From: Lama guanicoe
Lineage: Eukaryota
DNA: 64,000 bases
Direction of reading: 5' to 3'
NCBI GenBank assembly: GCA_013239625.1
Contig: MU053933.1
Span: 3,588,470-3,652,469, forward strand
In this document: positions 1-12,500 of the stretch, piece by piece
How positions within the stretch are numbered: position 1 is the stretch's first letter
Layout of the letters: each line of letters starts with the position of its first letter
Notes under the pieces: generated by a model
The model's input: the letters and a program-made list of their open reading frames with translations, nothing else
The model's database searches: none
What the model was told of the DNA's origin: nothing
Program-made: the position numbers and the translations under genes

Positions 1-812
1 AGCCAGCGCCTGCCCACTGCTGGGTGAAGCTCGGTCCTGGACCTCTGGTGGGTAGGGCCGTGTCTAGAGGCCTCTGTGGCTCAGGAAGTCTGCTGATGGG
101 TGTGGCTGTGTTCCCACTCTATATTGTTTGGCCTGAGGCTTCCCTACAGGCTGTTGGGTGGGACTCGGTCTTGGTGCTGATGATCCAGTCAAGATCCTCA
201 GCCTCCAGGAAAGCTCATGTAGATTAACACTCCTGGAATGTCCACCACCAGCTTTTATGTCCCCTGAGTGAGCCGCAGCCGTCCCCCACGTCCCTAGGAG
301 ACCCTCCAAATCCAGCAGGCAGGGCTGGCTCAGGTTCCTATGAAATCACTGCCTCTGCCCTTGGACCTGATGCACGTGAGTTTCCGTATATGTTTCCCAA
401 GCAAATGGAGTCTCTGGTTCCCCCTAGTCCCATGAGGCTCCCAGAGCCAAGCCCCCCTGGCCTTCAAAACCAGATGTCCTGGGGTCTCCTTCTCTTCCCA
501 ATGCTGGAACCCGGGTTGGGGAGCCTGACATGGGCCTTAGAGCTCTCACTCCTGTGGAAGGGCCTCTGCGACTTAACAAATCTTCAGCTTGTGGTTCTCC
601 TACCTCGGGGGTATGGGGCCCAATTATATCGCGAGCATACCCCCTCCTACCGTCCTGCTGTGGTTCCCTCTTTATGTTTCCAGTTGCAGAAGATCTTTTT
701 TTGCTGGGTTCTAGTCTTTTTTCAATGGTTGTTTAGCATTCAGTTGTGGTTTCATTGTTGTTGCAAGGAGAGGCAAGCTCGTGGTCCTACCACTCCTCCA
801 TCTTGACCAGAA
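1..812 (-). mobile_element. LINE-1 5' UTR (element continues off the left edge)
   Basis: Reverse complement of ~785-806 reads CAAGATGGAGGAGTGGTAGG, resembling the L1 5'-terminal AAGATGGCGG-type start. The preceding sequence resembles antisense laurasiatherian L1 5' UTR (recognised from memory). Confidence 0.65.
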
Positions 813-879
813 CTGAGCTCTGGGTGTGTTTCTGTTAATGAAACAACCTCACATTCATAATGGCTGATCTTTTCACTAC

Positions 880-2100
880 ATTTAGCAAGAAAGCCACAGA
901 AGCTATATTAGGCTCATAAAATCTATTTGAAAAATAACCAAGACCCTGAAATATGAAGAAATATACCAGTATCCTAAATGGAAAATTTTAGTATCATGAA
1001 AGTAACAGTTTCTAAATTAACTTGTGAACAAACTGTAGTCCAGTCTGATTACCAGTGGCTGATTTTTTTCCCCTAAACCTGGAGTTGGAAATAAAAACAC
1101 ATTTGAAGGAGAAATGTTCTGAGAGTAGTCAGTACATTTTCGAGAAAGAATACCAGTGAGAAGGATTGGCCTTCAGGGTGTTAACCAGGTCGTATACACT
1201 TGATGGTCCCAACAGGAGGTTGGTGTGGCGCAGACAGCCCGATCAGTGTAAGAGAAGGGGGTCTGGAGATGACTGAGGAGAATTCAAAGGAGGGAGAATT
1301 CATTTAATAACTGGCGCCATCCCTTTGCAGGCAGCGGGGACCCTCTTCCTCCCCACCGTTAGTGCACATGAACTTCAGAAGGATTAAAGCTCTAAATATG
1401 TTTGTAATTTCAGAACTTACAAAATTCAGGAGAATATTTGAATAACCTTTGAGTGGGGATTACAAGATAGGAGACCTAGAATTTAGAAAGGAAAAGAAAG
1501 GCAGGTCTTCTTGGCTCCCCGGAAACGAAAACACTGCAGGGTGACTGAGCTGTGGTAGCTGGGCTGCTGCTCTGGGAGGTACGCAGCCCAGGTGGTGCCT
1601 CCAGCTGACTGGGTATCCCCAGCCCCTAGGGCTCATTACTGGATCAAGTTAACATACTCAAAGAAGAGGACACACAGTTGGGCATAAACATCAGGGTATG
1701 TTCAGCCTCCCTAGTAGATGGAAATGCAGGTTAGCGAACCATTCTTCTCCGACCAGATGGCAAAACTGTGAAACTTGTAGCATCCAGTGCTGACAAGGAT
1801 GTGGGGAAATGGCATATTGTGGGAGTGCGATCGCTGTAATCTCTCTGGAAAGGTATCTTGTTATCTGTTAAGATTAAAAATATACCTGCTCTTTGAACCA
1901 ATGACTTCCCATTGGGTTTTATGTCTTTGATGAATAAAGGAATCACTGTCTTTTGGAATACAAGTATAAGGAGGTCCACATGCATCTACGTCACTGCAGT
2001 GTGCCTGTTTATAACCCAAAATGCATGAGGTTCTGTGTATTCTCACCATGAACTTGAAAGAAATTTTATCTAGTTACAGGAAACAAAAAGCCAGAAGCAG
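880..2100 (+). mobile_element. Highly decayed old L1M ORF2/3' fragments
   Basis: Degenerate L1-like phrases (e.g. GACAAGGATGTGGGGAAAT...CTCTGGAAAGG, TATACCTGCTCTTTGAACC). Boundaries approximate. Confidence 0.4.
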
Positions 2101-2209
2101 TGATGATCAATATTTCTGTATGTTTGCATGTGTATGTACATATACATATACGTGTATACGTTCAAATTTTGAAGAGCTAAACATCGATTTCCAGAGGGGG
2201 TCTTCATGT

Positions 2210-2650
2210 TGTGTCAGCTGCAAAACTAGCACCCCCCAGCGTAGTGCTTAAAACAACAGCAACAGCATCTGCTCTGCCCACAAACCTGCAGGTGGCCAGA
2301 CTCAGAGAGCCACTCCTCCATGTCTGTGGAGCCAGGGCCAGTGTCCTGGGAGGGCTCTTCCATCACAGCTGTGGCATCAGTGCTGGGAGCTTCAGGCAGC
2401 AGAGCGCTGTCCCCACCAGCCTCTGTCCCTCTGTCCTCCCACATGCCTTCTCAGTGTGTCTTCACAGACAGCCCAGGGGACCTTTCATGACTAGCCTCAG
2501 AAATCACCCAACATCACTTCTGCCATGCTGGGTCCATCAGAGGTCACGACCCATCTGGGCTCGAGCATGGTGGGCTGCTGCTTTCCAGGGAGCAGTAGCG
2601 GCTGGGGAGCTGGTAGGGCTGGAGTCCCTGCCAGCCGTTTTTATGAGACG
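2210..2650. mobile_element. Probable MaLR (MLT1-like) LTR remnant
   Basis: CACCCCCCAGCGTAGTGCTTAAAACAACAGCAACAGCAT...CACAAACCTGCAG and CATCACTTCTGCCATG resemble MLT1 LTR motifs as I recall them. Confidence 0.45.
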
Positions 2651-3395
2651 TCTTGAAACAAAAGCTAAAAATAAAGACTTTTTTGATGAAGCACAACTGA
2701 AGGCTCTGCTCTGGGCTGTTCTCAGATGCTAACAAATTAGGACCCAGACAGCATCGGGACTCTGCCTGATGACCCTGTACACCGCTACCTCACTCCTTTA
2801 CTTACCCACAGTGTCCCGATGGCCTATGTGTCAGGGCCATGACGCGAGAGCCCAGGGGACTACGACAGGGCATGGAGAGCCATCTTCCTGTGGGGTTTGG
2901 AGACAGCAAGCGTCACAGGCTGAGGCAGGCAGCCCCTGAAGCCCCTGAGCCCCTCACTCTTCTTTTTCTCCGGTTCCACATCTCTGCTTATCTGAGGTGG
3001 CTGGCAACACCCCATGATGGGGTGGGCTGTTCCCACTGGGTTTGCTGACACCATGGACAGTGCCAGGAAGAGTGACATGGGCCACTTCACCGAGGGCCTC
3101 CCCTCGAGGGCCTGCCCGGCGCTGCATGTGCTGTGCTACTGGGCTCAGGGCCAGCTGCATGATGGTCATGGGTGACGAGGCAGGGCTGGGCTGGGTGCTG
3201 CGGGCAAGGGGTTGGAGGGACATTGACGGCCCCATCCTGGCTTCCAGATTCAGGGTCTCCTGGGTGTCGGGGGCCACCACAGGGTGCATACACTTGGTCA
3301 TGGGTGCTATGTGGCTCTGTGAGCAGTGTGTGCTGTTTCCATTATTGGAAAAGCAAATTGTTGACACAGGATGTTTTCATAACCTTGTGTTTCAG

Positions 3396-3515
3396 GAGTA
3401 GATCCATCTCTACAAGCAGAGAGTAGGACCTCCGGGTCCTTACAAGCCACAGCCCCAGCAGCCAAACAGCAGAAGCCACGGCCCAGCAACGCCCGGGACG
3501 AGCGCTTCAGGTCAG
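3396..3515 (+). CDS. DIP2A: DIP2A exon (~3): [14 protein letters not shown]...RDERFRS
   Basis: ttcag|GA...TCAG|gtaggg, 120 nt, phase 1-1. Confidence 0.93.
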
Positions 3516-6500
3516 GTAGGGACCTGAGACCCGCAGGCCCCGCTCGGACACTGCGTCTCCGCTCAAGAAATTGTCTCCCCTTGAATGATAATTTACCACA
3601 TCATATTTTTCAAGAGAAAATATAATTTCCACATAACTTAGTAGGTTTTCATCTGGCCTGAGTGTGAGTGCTCTCTTAGGGGATGCTCATAAGAACCCTT
3701 CCTTTCCCTATCAGAGTAGTTTCTGTAAATGTTTGTGTCCATCTTTCTACCTAGATCTTTGCGGTTGGGGTTGGTGGTTTTTTTCGTTAGGGACCAGCTT
3801 TACTACTATAGGTGTTTTAGGATTTTTTTTTTCTTTTTCTGATTTTGGAGATTTCCTTCTAATTAGGTTTCTGCCACTCTATCAGTGCTTTTATAAATAT
3901 TTAACTTTGTCTCTGGCATTTTATTTAAGTTATCAGAACACCCATTGAAAAAATTCATGCCTTCAGTTATAAATTACATATCAATAACTTTTGAATACAC
4001 TTTCACCTGTTTAACAATATTCTCACTGTTGTGTGATTGTGTATTTCCTTTATACTTAAACTCTTTCAGTAAGCCTTTATATAAGGAAAAAAATCCAACA
4101 GAGGTAAAGAAAAGGACATTTATAAAATACCTAAAAAGAACATTAAGATTTTAACTGTTTTGTCAACAAGGGAGTGTGATGAAGGAATCTGAGAAATTTT
4201 TGATCAAATAATTTCTTACCAATTTAATATACATTTAAAAAATATAATAGTTTATTTTCTGATAACATAAATGATACATGTAGTACAAGATATTACATCA
4301 AATCTAAGGACAAAAGGAAATATCACCTTATCTGAATCCTGTGATGGGCCATCAGCATTTCACTGAACATCGTCTTCTTTAGCCCTGGGTACAACAAAAG
4401 CACACGCATGTACATGCTCCACAAGTGGGGTCCTGTGAAGATCTCCTTCTAGTCCCTGCCTGTCCTCATTTCCCTGCCCTCCATCTCCTGTCCGTCTCCT
4501 GGTAACTGACACTGATGAACTGCTACTTCTGCCCTTGGGAACTGTATCTGGTTCTCATCCTTTATGTTCTGAAAGCAAGACCTTTATCATAAATATGCTT
4601 TGCTCATATTTTCTCCAAGCCTTGTGTTGTCTTTGCATTCTCTTAGCGTGGCTTTTGTATCAGTTTTTAATTTTAATGAAGTCCATCTTACCAGTTTGTT
4701 TTCATGAATAGAGCTTTTGTTCCTGTCTCTAAGAAATCTTTGCCAAACCCAAGGTCACAAAGATTCTCATCTGCCAAGAAGAAATAAGTCATTTGAACAG
4801 ACCAATCAGTAGGAGCAAAATAGGATTAGCAATAAAAAACCTCAAAAGTTCAGGACCAGATGGCTTCACTGGGGAATTCTACCAGACATACAAAGAAGAA
4901 CTCATACCAATCCTTCTCAAACTCTTCCAAAAGATTGAAGAGGAGAGAATACTCCCAAACTCATTCTATGAAGCCATCATCACCCTGATACCATAACCAG
5001 ACAAAGACACTACCAAAAAAGAAAACCACTGTCCAATATCGTTGATGAACATAGATGCAAAAATCTTCAACAAAATATGAGCAGAATCCAACAACACATA
5101 AAAAATTACACACCATGATCAAGTTGGGTTCATCCCAGGGACACAGGATGGTTCAGCATACACAAATCAATCAAGGTGATACACCACATCAACAAAAGAA
5201 AGAACAAAAACCACATGATCATCTCAATAGATGCAGAAAAAGTATTTGATAAAATTCAACACCCATTTATGACTAAAAACTCTTACCTAAGTGGGTATAG
5301 ATGGAACATATCTCAACATAGTAAAAGTTATTTATGACAAACCTACAGCCAACATAATACTCAATGGTGAGATGTTGAAAGCCTTCCCACTAAAATCTGG
5401 AACAAGACAAGGATGCCCACTCTCACCAGTTCTATTCAACATAGCCTTGAAAGTCCTAGCCACAGCTATCAGGCAAGAAAAAGAAATAAAAGGGATCCAT
5501 ATTGGAAGAGAAGAGGTAAAATTGTCACTATATGCAGATGACATGACATATATATAGAAAACTCTAAAAGCTCCGTACAAAAACTACTAGAGCTGTTGAA
5601 AGAATTTGGCAAGGTAGCAGAACACAAGATTAACATACAGAAATCAGTTGTACTTCTTTATACTCGCAATGAAATACCAGAAAAGGAAAGTAAGGAAATA
5701 ATCCCTTTTGAAATCTCATCCAAAAAAATAAAATACTTAGAAATAAATCTGACCAAGGAGGTGAAAGACTTGTAAGTGGGGATCTACAAAACATTGATGA
5801 AGGAAATTAAAGATGACTTAAAGAAACGGAAAGACACCCCATGCTCTTGGATTAGAAGAATTAATATTAAAATGGCCATACTATCTAGAGCAATCTACAG
5901 ATTTAATGTGATCCCTATCAAATTATCCAAGACATTTTTCACAGAACTAGAACAAATAATCCTAAAATTTATATGGAATCACAAAAGACCCAGAATTGCC
6001 AAAGCAATACTGAAGAAAAAGAATGAAGCTGGAGAAATAACCCTCCCAGACTTCGGACAGTCCTACAGAGCTACAGTAATCAAACAGCATGGTGTTAGCA
6101 CAAAACCAGACATGGATCAATGGAACAGAATAAAGAGCCCAGAAATAACCCACAGACCTACTGTTAATTAATCTTCAGCAAAGGAGGCAAGAATATATAA
6201 TGGAAAAAAAACAGTCTCTTCAGCAAATGGTGTTGGGAAAACTGGATAGCAGCATGTAAATCAATGAAGTTAGAATACTCTGTCACACTATACACAAAAA
6301 TAAACTCAAAATGGCTTAAAGACTTAAACATCAGACAAGACACTTTAAACCTCCTAGAAGAAAACATAGGCAAAACATTTTCTCGCATAAATCTTAGCAG
6401 TGTTCTCCTAGGTCAGTCTACCCAGGCAATAGAAATAAGAGCAAAAAATAAACAAATGGGACCTAATTGAGCATACAAGCTTTCTCACAGCAAAGGAAAT

Positions 6501-9500
6501 CATAAGCAAAACAAAAAGACAGCGTATGGAATGGGAGAAAATACTTGCAAAAGATGAGACTGATAAGGGCTTAATTTCCAGAATAAACAGCTCATACAAC
6601 TTTAATAACAACAACAACAAAATAAACAACCCAATCCAAAAATGGGCAGAAGACTTAAGCAATTCTCCAGTGAAGACAGAAAGGGCCAATAGGTACATGA
6701 AAAAATGCTCAATATCGCTAATTATCAGAGAAATACAGATGAAAACTACAATGAGGTATCACCTCACACCAGTCAGTATGGCAATCATTCAAAAGCCCAT
6801 GAACCATTTGTTGGGAAAGTGTTGCCTTTGCTCCTCGTCTAAAAACAGCTGCCTGTGCGTGTGGTTTTCTTTCTGGGCTCTGTCCTGTTTTGTTGATGAA
6901 TTTGTCTGTCTTTATAGTGGAGTTGTGCTCCCTCAGTGGTTGCAGCTTGACAATAATTGCTGGCATCAGGATTGTTATTCCTCCAGGTTGTTCCTTATCA
7001 TTGTTGTGTTGTGTGTGTGAGTCCCCTCTGGCACTTTTTAGATTCTTTCTCTTTACCACTGGCTTTGAGTGATTTGGTTATGATGTGCCTTGGTGTAGTT
7101 TTCTTTGTTTCTTGTGTCTGGGGTTTTTGAGCTGCTTGGATCTGTTCCTAACCCTAACCCTAACCCTGTCGTGCTGGCATTGTCTAGGTTTTTAGTTATG
7201 AGTTGTGCTATCTGTGCGTAGGTTTTTGTTTGTTTCTAAGACAGCAGTAAAGTTCACAGTGTGTGCTCACGGCCACTGCCAGATCAGTTGCAGGGGGTCC
7301 TAGATTTCTCTCTCTCCTGAGCACTGTCTCCCGTGAGTGTTTTCGGTTTTATGTCTGGGAATTTTTTTTTTACCTTTTTTTTTAAATTGAAGTCTAGTCA
7401 GTTTACAATGTTGTGTCAATTTCTGGTGTACAGCGCAATGCTTCAGTCATACATGAATATACATATATTTATTTTCATATTCTTTTTTACTGTAAGCTAC
7501 TACCAGATACCAAATATAGTTCCTTGTGCTGTACAGTATAAACTTGTTTATCTATTTTATATACACCAGTCAGTGTTTGCATATCTCGAACTGCCAATTT
7601 ATCCCTTCCCACCCCTATCCCCCCTGTAACCATAGTTTGTTTTCTATGTCTGTAAGTCTGTTTCTGTTTTATAAGTAAGTTCATTTGTCTTTTTTTTTTA
7701 CATTCCACATATGAGTGATATCATATGGTATTTTTCTTTCTCTTTCTGGCTTACTTCACTTAAAATGACATTCTCCAGGGCTATCCATGTTGCTGCAAAT
7801 GGCATTATTTTATTATTTTTTATGGCTGAGTATTATTCCATTGTATAAATATACCACAACTTCTTTATCCGGTCATTTGTCAGTGGACATTTATGTTGTT
7901 TCCATGTCTTGGCTATTGGAAATAGTGCTGCTATTAACATTGGGGTGCTGGTGTCTTTTTGAAGTAGGGTTCCTTCTGGATATATGCCCAGGAGTGGGAT
8001 TACTGGGTCATATGGTAAGTCTATTCCTAGTCTTTTGAGGAATCTCCATACTGTTTTCCACCATGGCTGCATCAAACTGCATTCCCGCCAACAATGTAGG
8101 AGGGTTCCTGTTTCTTCGCATCTTCTCCAGCATTTATCGTTTGTGGACTTCTGAATGATGGCCATTCTGAGTGGTGTAGGGTGATACCTCATGGTAGTTT
8201 TGATTTGTATTTCTCTGATGATTAGCTGTATTGAGCATTTTTTCATGTGCCTGTTGGCCATTCCTGTGTCTTCATTGGAGAATTGCTTATTTAGGTCTTC
8301 TGCCCATTTTTGGATTGGGTTGTTTGGTTTTTTCTTATCAAGTTGTATGAGCTGTTTATATATTCTTGAGATCAATCCCCTGTCAGTTTCATCTTTTGCA
8401 AATATTTTCTCCCATTATGTAGGCTGTCATTTTGAACATTTTCTAGGGTAGATTGTGTACTCAGGCACAAAAGAAGCCTCAACAATTTTAAGAAGATAGT
8501 AATTATTTCAAGCATCTTTTCTGACCACAATGCCATGAAACTAGAAATCAACCACAGAAGAACAAAGGAGAAAAAAACAACAGCATGGAGATTAAACAAC
8601 ATGCTACTAAAAAACCAGTGGGTCAATGATGAAATCAAAGAATAAATTAAAAAATACTTTGAGACAAAAGACAATGCAAACACAACCACACAGAATCTAT
8701 GGGATGCAGCAAAAGCAGTCCTAAGAGGGAAGTTCATAGCAATCAATACAGGCTTTCCTCAAAAAGAACAATAATTTCAAATAAATAATCTAATCTACCA
8801 GCAAAAAGAATTAGAAAAAGAAGAGCAAACAAAACCAAAAGTCAGCAGAAGGAAGGAAATAATAAGGATCAGGGAAGAAACAAATAAAACAGATATTTAA
8901 AAAAATTAGAAAAAATCAAACCACGAGCTGGTTTTTTTGAAAGAGAAAACAAAATTGACAGACTGCTGGCCAGGCTCACCAAGAAGAGAAAAGAGAGAAC
9001 ACAAATAAACAAAACAAGAAAGGAAAGTGGAGGAATTACAACCAATACCACAGAAATACAAAACATCATCTGGGAATATTTCTATTAGACACCCAGGTTT
9101 AAAGGATAGTTTCACTGGTTATAAAATTCTAGGTTTGACACTTTTTTCTTCAGCTGTGATGCCTTCCTGTGCCCAGTGGTTGCTTTTGAGTAAAATCAGT
9201 CTGTTTCTTGATCCTTCAAGATGATTTACTCTTTCTCTCTGGAAGCTTTCTTCTAGAACTGTCTCATTGTCTTTGCTGTTTGTAAATTTTATTTTAATGT
9301 CTAGGTGTGAATTTTTCATCTTTCCCGATTTGCACCCTATGAGCCATGTTACTGTAATGTTTCTAAATGTTTTAAAGACATTTTGTTGGAGAAAAATGTA
9401 AACATGTTCAGAAGCAGACTTACTTGTGTAATAACCTCCTGGACTCATTGTCCAGCCCCCGCAGTTCCCAGCCGTGCTCAGTCTTGGATTCATTGTTGAC

Positions 9501-12500
9501 CACTGCTTCCTCCCCTCTTGTGTGGTTTTGAAGGAAATCTCAGAGATCATGTTATTTCGCTTAGATTTAACAATATTCTTGGTCTCTGTATCTGAAAAGA
9601 AGACATGTATCTCTGAAAGGTGCATACCATTGTTACAGAACAATTAACAATAATTCCTTAGTATCAAATGCCCAAATGTTCATGTGGCTTTTAAAAACAG
9701 TTTATTTGGGCTCAAAACCAAGTAAGATGTACACATCACGGTGGTTGATATGTGCTTCCAGCCTTTTGATAGCTCGGTCCCGGGGCCTGGGCTGTGGTCT
9801 GGCGGCTCCTCTGAGAGGGTTGCCCTCAGCTCCCTAGGCTCCGACAGGTCGATTGGGGTCCACATTGTTCCTAAGACTTCTCCAGGTTGCACCATGACAC
9901 ACAATGGGCCTGATTCTCTGTCTTCCTGGGATGCTGGCAGACCACTAGTTCATTGGGGTGGCAGAGTGGTGACTCCCTGCAGAGGCTTGACTGCTTCTGT
10001 GAGGACGAAGTCCTGCTCGCTTGCCGGAGGTACAGGAGAGCCCAGATCAGTCTTCAACTCTTTCCATTTATTTCCATTTCCGTTTATAGAGCAGTGGATT
10101 GGGTCACCAGCCTCCTCCGATGGCAGCCAATTAATTTTGCCTCCTCCCTTCCTTCCTGCCTTTTCTTTCACCTTGTTTTCAGCACGTAGTTGGTGCTCAG
10201 TTCGGCCAGTGTTTACCTTTGGTGACACTCAAATGCCCATCCTTAGCCGCTGGGAGCAGCTCCACACGCCCTCCAACTTGTGTTGTTGGGCCGTGTGCTT
10301 TTAGGATGTTGGGATGAGATGCTCCTGCCCCCCAACCCTGGAACTTGCCTTCCTCGGGGTCCTTGTAGTGAGGCTGGTGTTTGAAGACCGTAGCCCAGGT
10401 GCTGGGGATGCTCTTTGCTTTTGGGCTGGTCCTTGTTTCTGGACATTTTTAGCGAACGGAGGTAAGTCATACTAGTTAAAGATAAAATGCCATGAGCGTT
10501 CATGCTGACGGTTTCCATTCAGTTCAGGACTGCAACGTTTCCCCTCGCTTCCTTGGTCTCCTCTCTCCCTCACGAGTTCTGTTTCCAGGGAGGGTCGATG
10601 GAATAGACAATCAGGCCCTGCTCCACTTAGAAACGCTGTGTGTGTGGGGTCCCCGTGCCCACCGGCCGTCTGGCCGCAGGAAGAGCTGGCACCCTGCACT
10701 TGACTCTGCCTGTCCCTGGGCTGCATCTGGAGCAGCGAGCTGAACAGTCTGACTCCAGTGCTTTCTCACCACTCGCAGTGGGTGTGTCACAGCCAGGACA
10801 CATTAGGGTCATCTGCTTCATTGTGTTTTCAGCGTGGAGATTTCTTCTTTTTGATTTAAATCTATGAAAATATTTGCCAAGTGAAGTCTACAAACAAAGG
10901 AGTATTTATGGAAATCTAGTACCAGGCCAGCATGTGAGGCCCACTGTAGGCCCCGCTTCTCTACTCAGTGGAGGAAACACGGACCTTGGTTTTGCTACCC
11001 ACTAGTGGAACCCAGTGACATGTGTTTCTGCTGCTGTCATTTCTGTGCAGATGTTCATACCGAGGCCGTGCAAGCAGCTTTGGCCAGATACAAGGAGAGG
11101 AAGATGCCGATGCCGTCGAAGAGGCGCTCCGTCCTTGCTCATGCGCCCGCGGGTGCCTGCACCCCTCCAGGTACGGAGGCCGGGCTATGGCCTGGCGAGG
11201 GTCCCTGAGGCAGAGCTGTCTCCTGACGGTAGAGGGGAGAATGGGAGAAGCTGGACGTGGGCAACGTCTGTGTGTGCCCCTTGCCCCAGCCAGTGCTCAC
11301 TGGCCACACGGCAGGCTCCTCTGGGGCAGATACTCGCCTCCAGCAGGATGCCTGCGGATTTTAGCTTTTCGCTGAGATGCAGCTTGTGTCTTGTGGTAAA
11401 GAGAAGATCCCAGAGGGAGTGCTTGGTGGGGTGAGAGTTCCTGGAGGATCTTAAAGCTGTTCTCATCTTACTAGCTGTTATTTTCTGTGTTGTTAGCAGG
11501 CCTTAAATGGGAGAGTGTGAGGCTACTGGTGGGTTTTGATTTATTTTGTTACTGTTGTTTCGTTGTCATCACCATTAGAAATGGGAACTTTTATGTGGGG
11601 TTTCTCTTCAGGGTAGCGCGCTTTAAGTTTCCTAGGAAACCCTGTCCAGGCATGGCAGATGTGAGGCTAGTGTCCATGTGCCCCCATCCCGCTGTTTCAG
11701 CCGTGATGCTGGTGACGTGTGTGTTTGGGTGATGACGTGATGGTTGGGCGCACCAGGCTCCCGAGATAGCGCAGTGTTTGGTGACGTTTCCTTGCTTAAA
11801 AAAAAAGTTTATACTGTTGAAAATATCTTAGAAATGGCTGTCAAATTATTGTTTCTACTAAATATAATTACAGACACTACCTAGTTTTTAAAGAACTTTC
11901 TAATAATTGTGAAACCCACTATAAAACCAAGTTGTGCTGGCTCGACAGAACCTGAGTTCATCTTAATTTTATTGCTGGAGCTCGTTCACGTCCCCTGAGA
12001 GGGCACAGGTGACGGCCACAATGCTACCTCGGGCATGTGTGAAGGCGTGCAGGGCATGCACAGAGCACTGGGCCCCTCTGCCATCCGGGCCCCATGGGGC
12101 AGGGTGGGGCCATCTGCACTCCCGGGCGTAGTGACCCGAGATCCAGTCCCCTGCGCTGCTTCCCGAGCAGCCCTTGGATCCCACCGTCGGTCAGATGCAG
12201 GCCCTTCTAGACGTCTGGGCGCAGCCAGCGTTGCACAGAGCATGGGTCCAGAGCCATGTGGGAGCCCCGCTGCCCCGAGGTTGCACCCACACCACACCTG
12301 TCCTCGTTGTTTCAACCACAGACACATCATCCGCCTCAGAAGACGAGGGCTCTTTGCGGCAACCCAGGCAACTGGCCTCCACTCCACTCCAGAGCTGCCC
12401 CAGCGTCGAGCCCTGGCTCGACCAGGTCATTCAGGGCTCATCCACCTCATCCTCTGCATCCTCCACCTCATCTCACCCGGGAGGGAAGCCCGCTGCCACA

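Noticed and set aside
4772..6803. Reverse transcriptase (YADD) as an active or novel RT system
   Set aside because: It is ordinary LINE-1 ORF2, fragmentary, with stops and frameshifts.
4772..9068. The 4772-6803 fragment as the missing middle of the 5'-inverted L1
   Set aside because: It overlaps the 3' segment in ORF2 coordinates with many base differences and lies outside the TSD pair, so separate copies are more likely.
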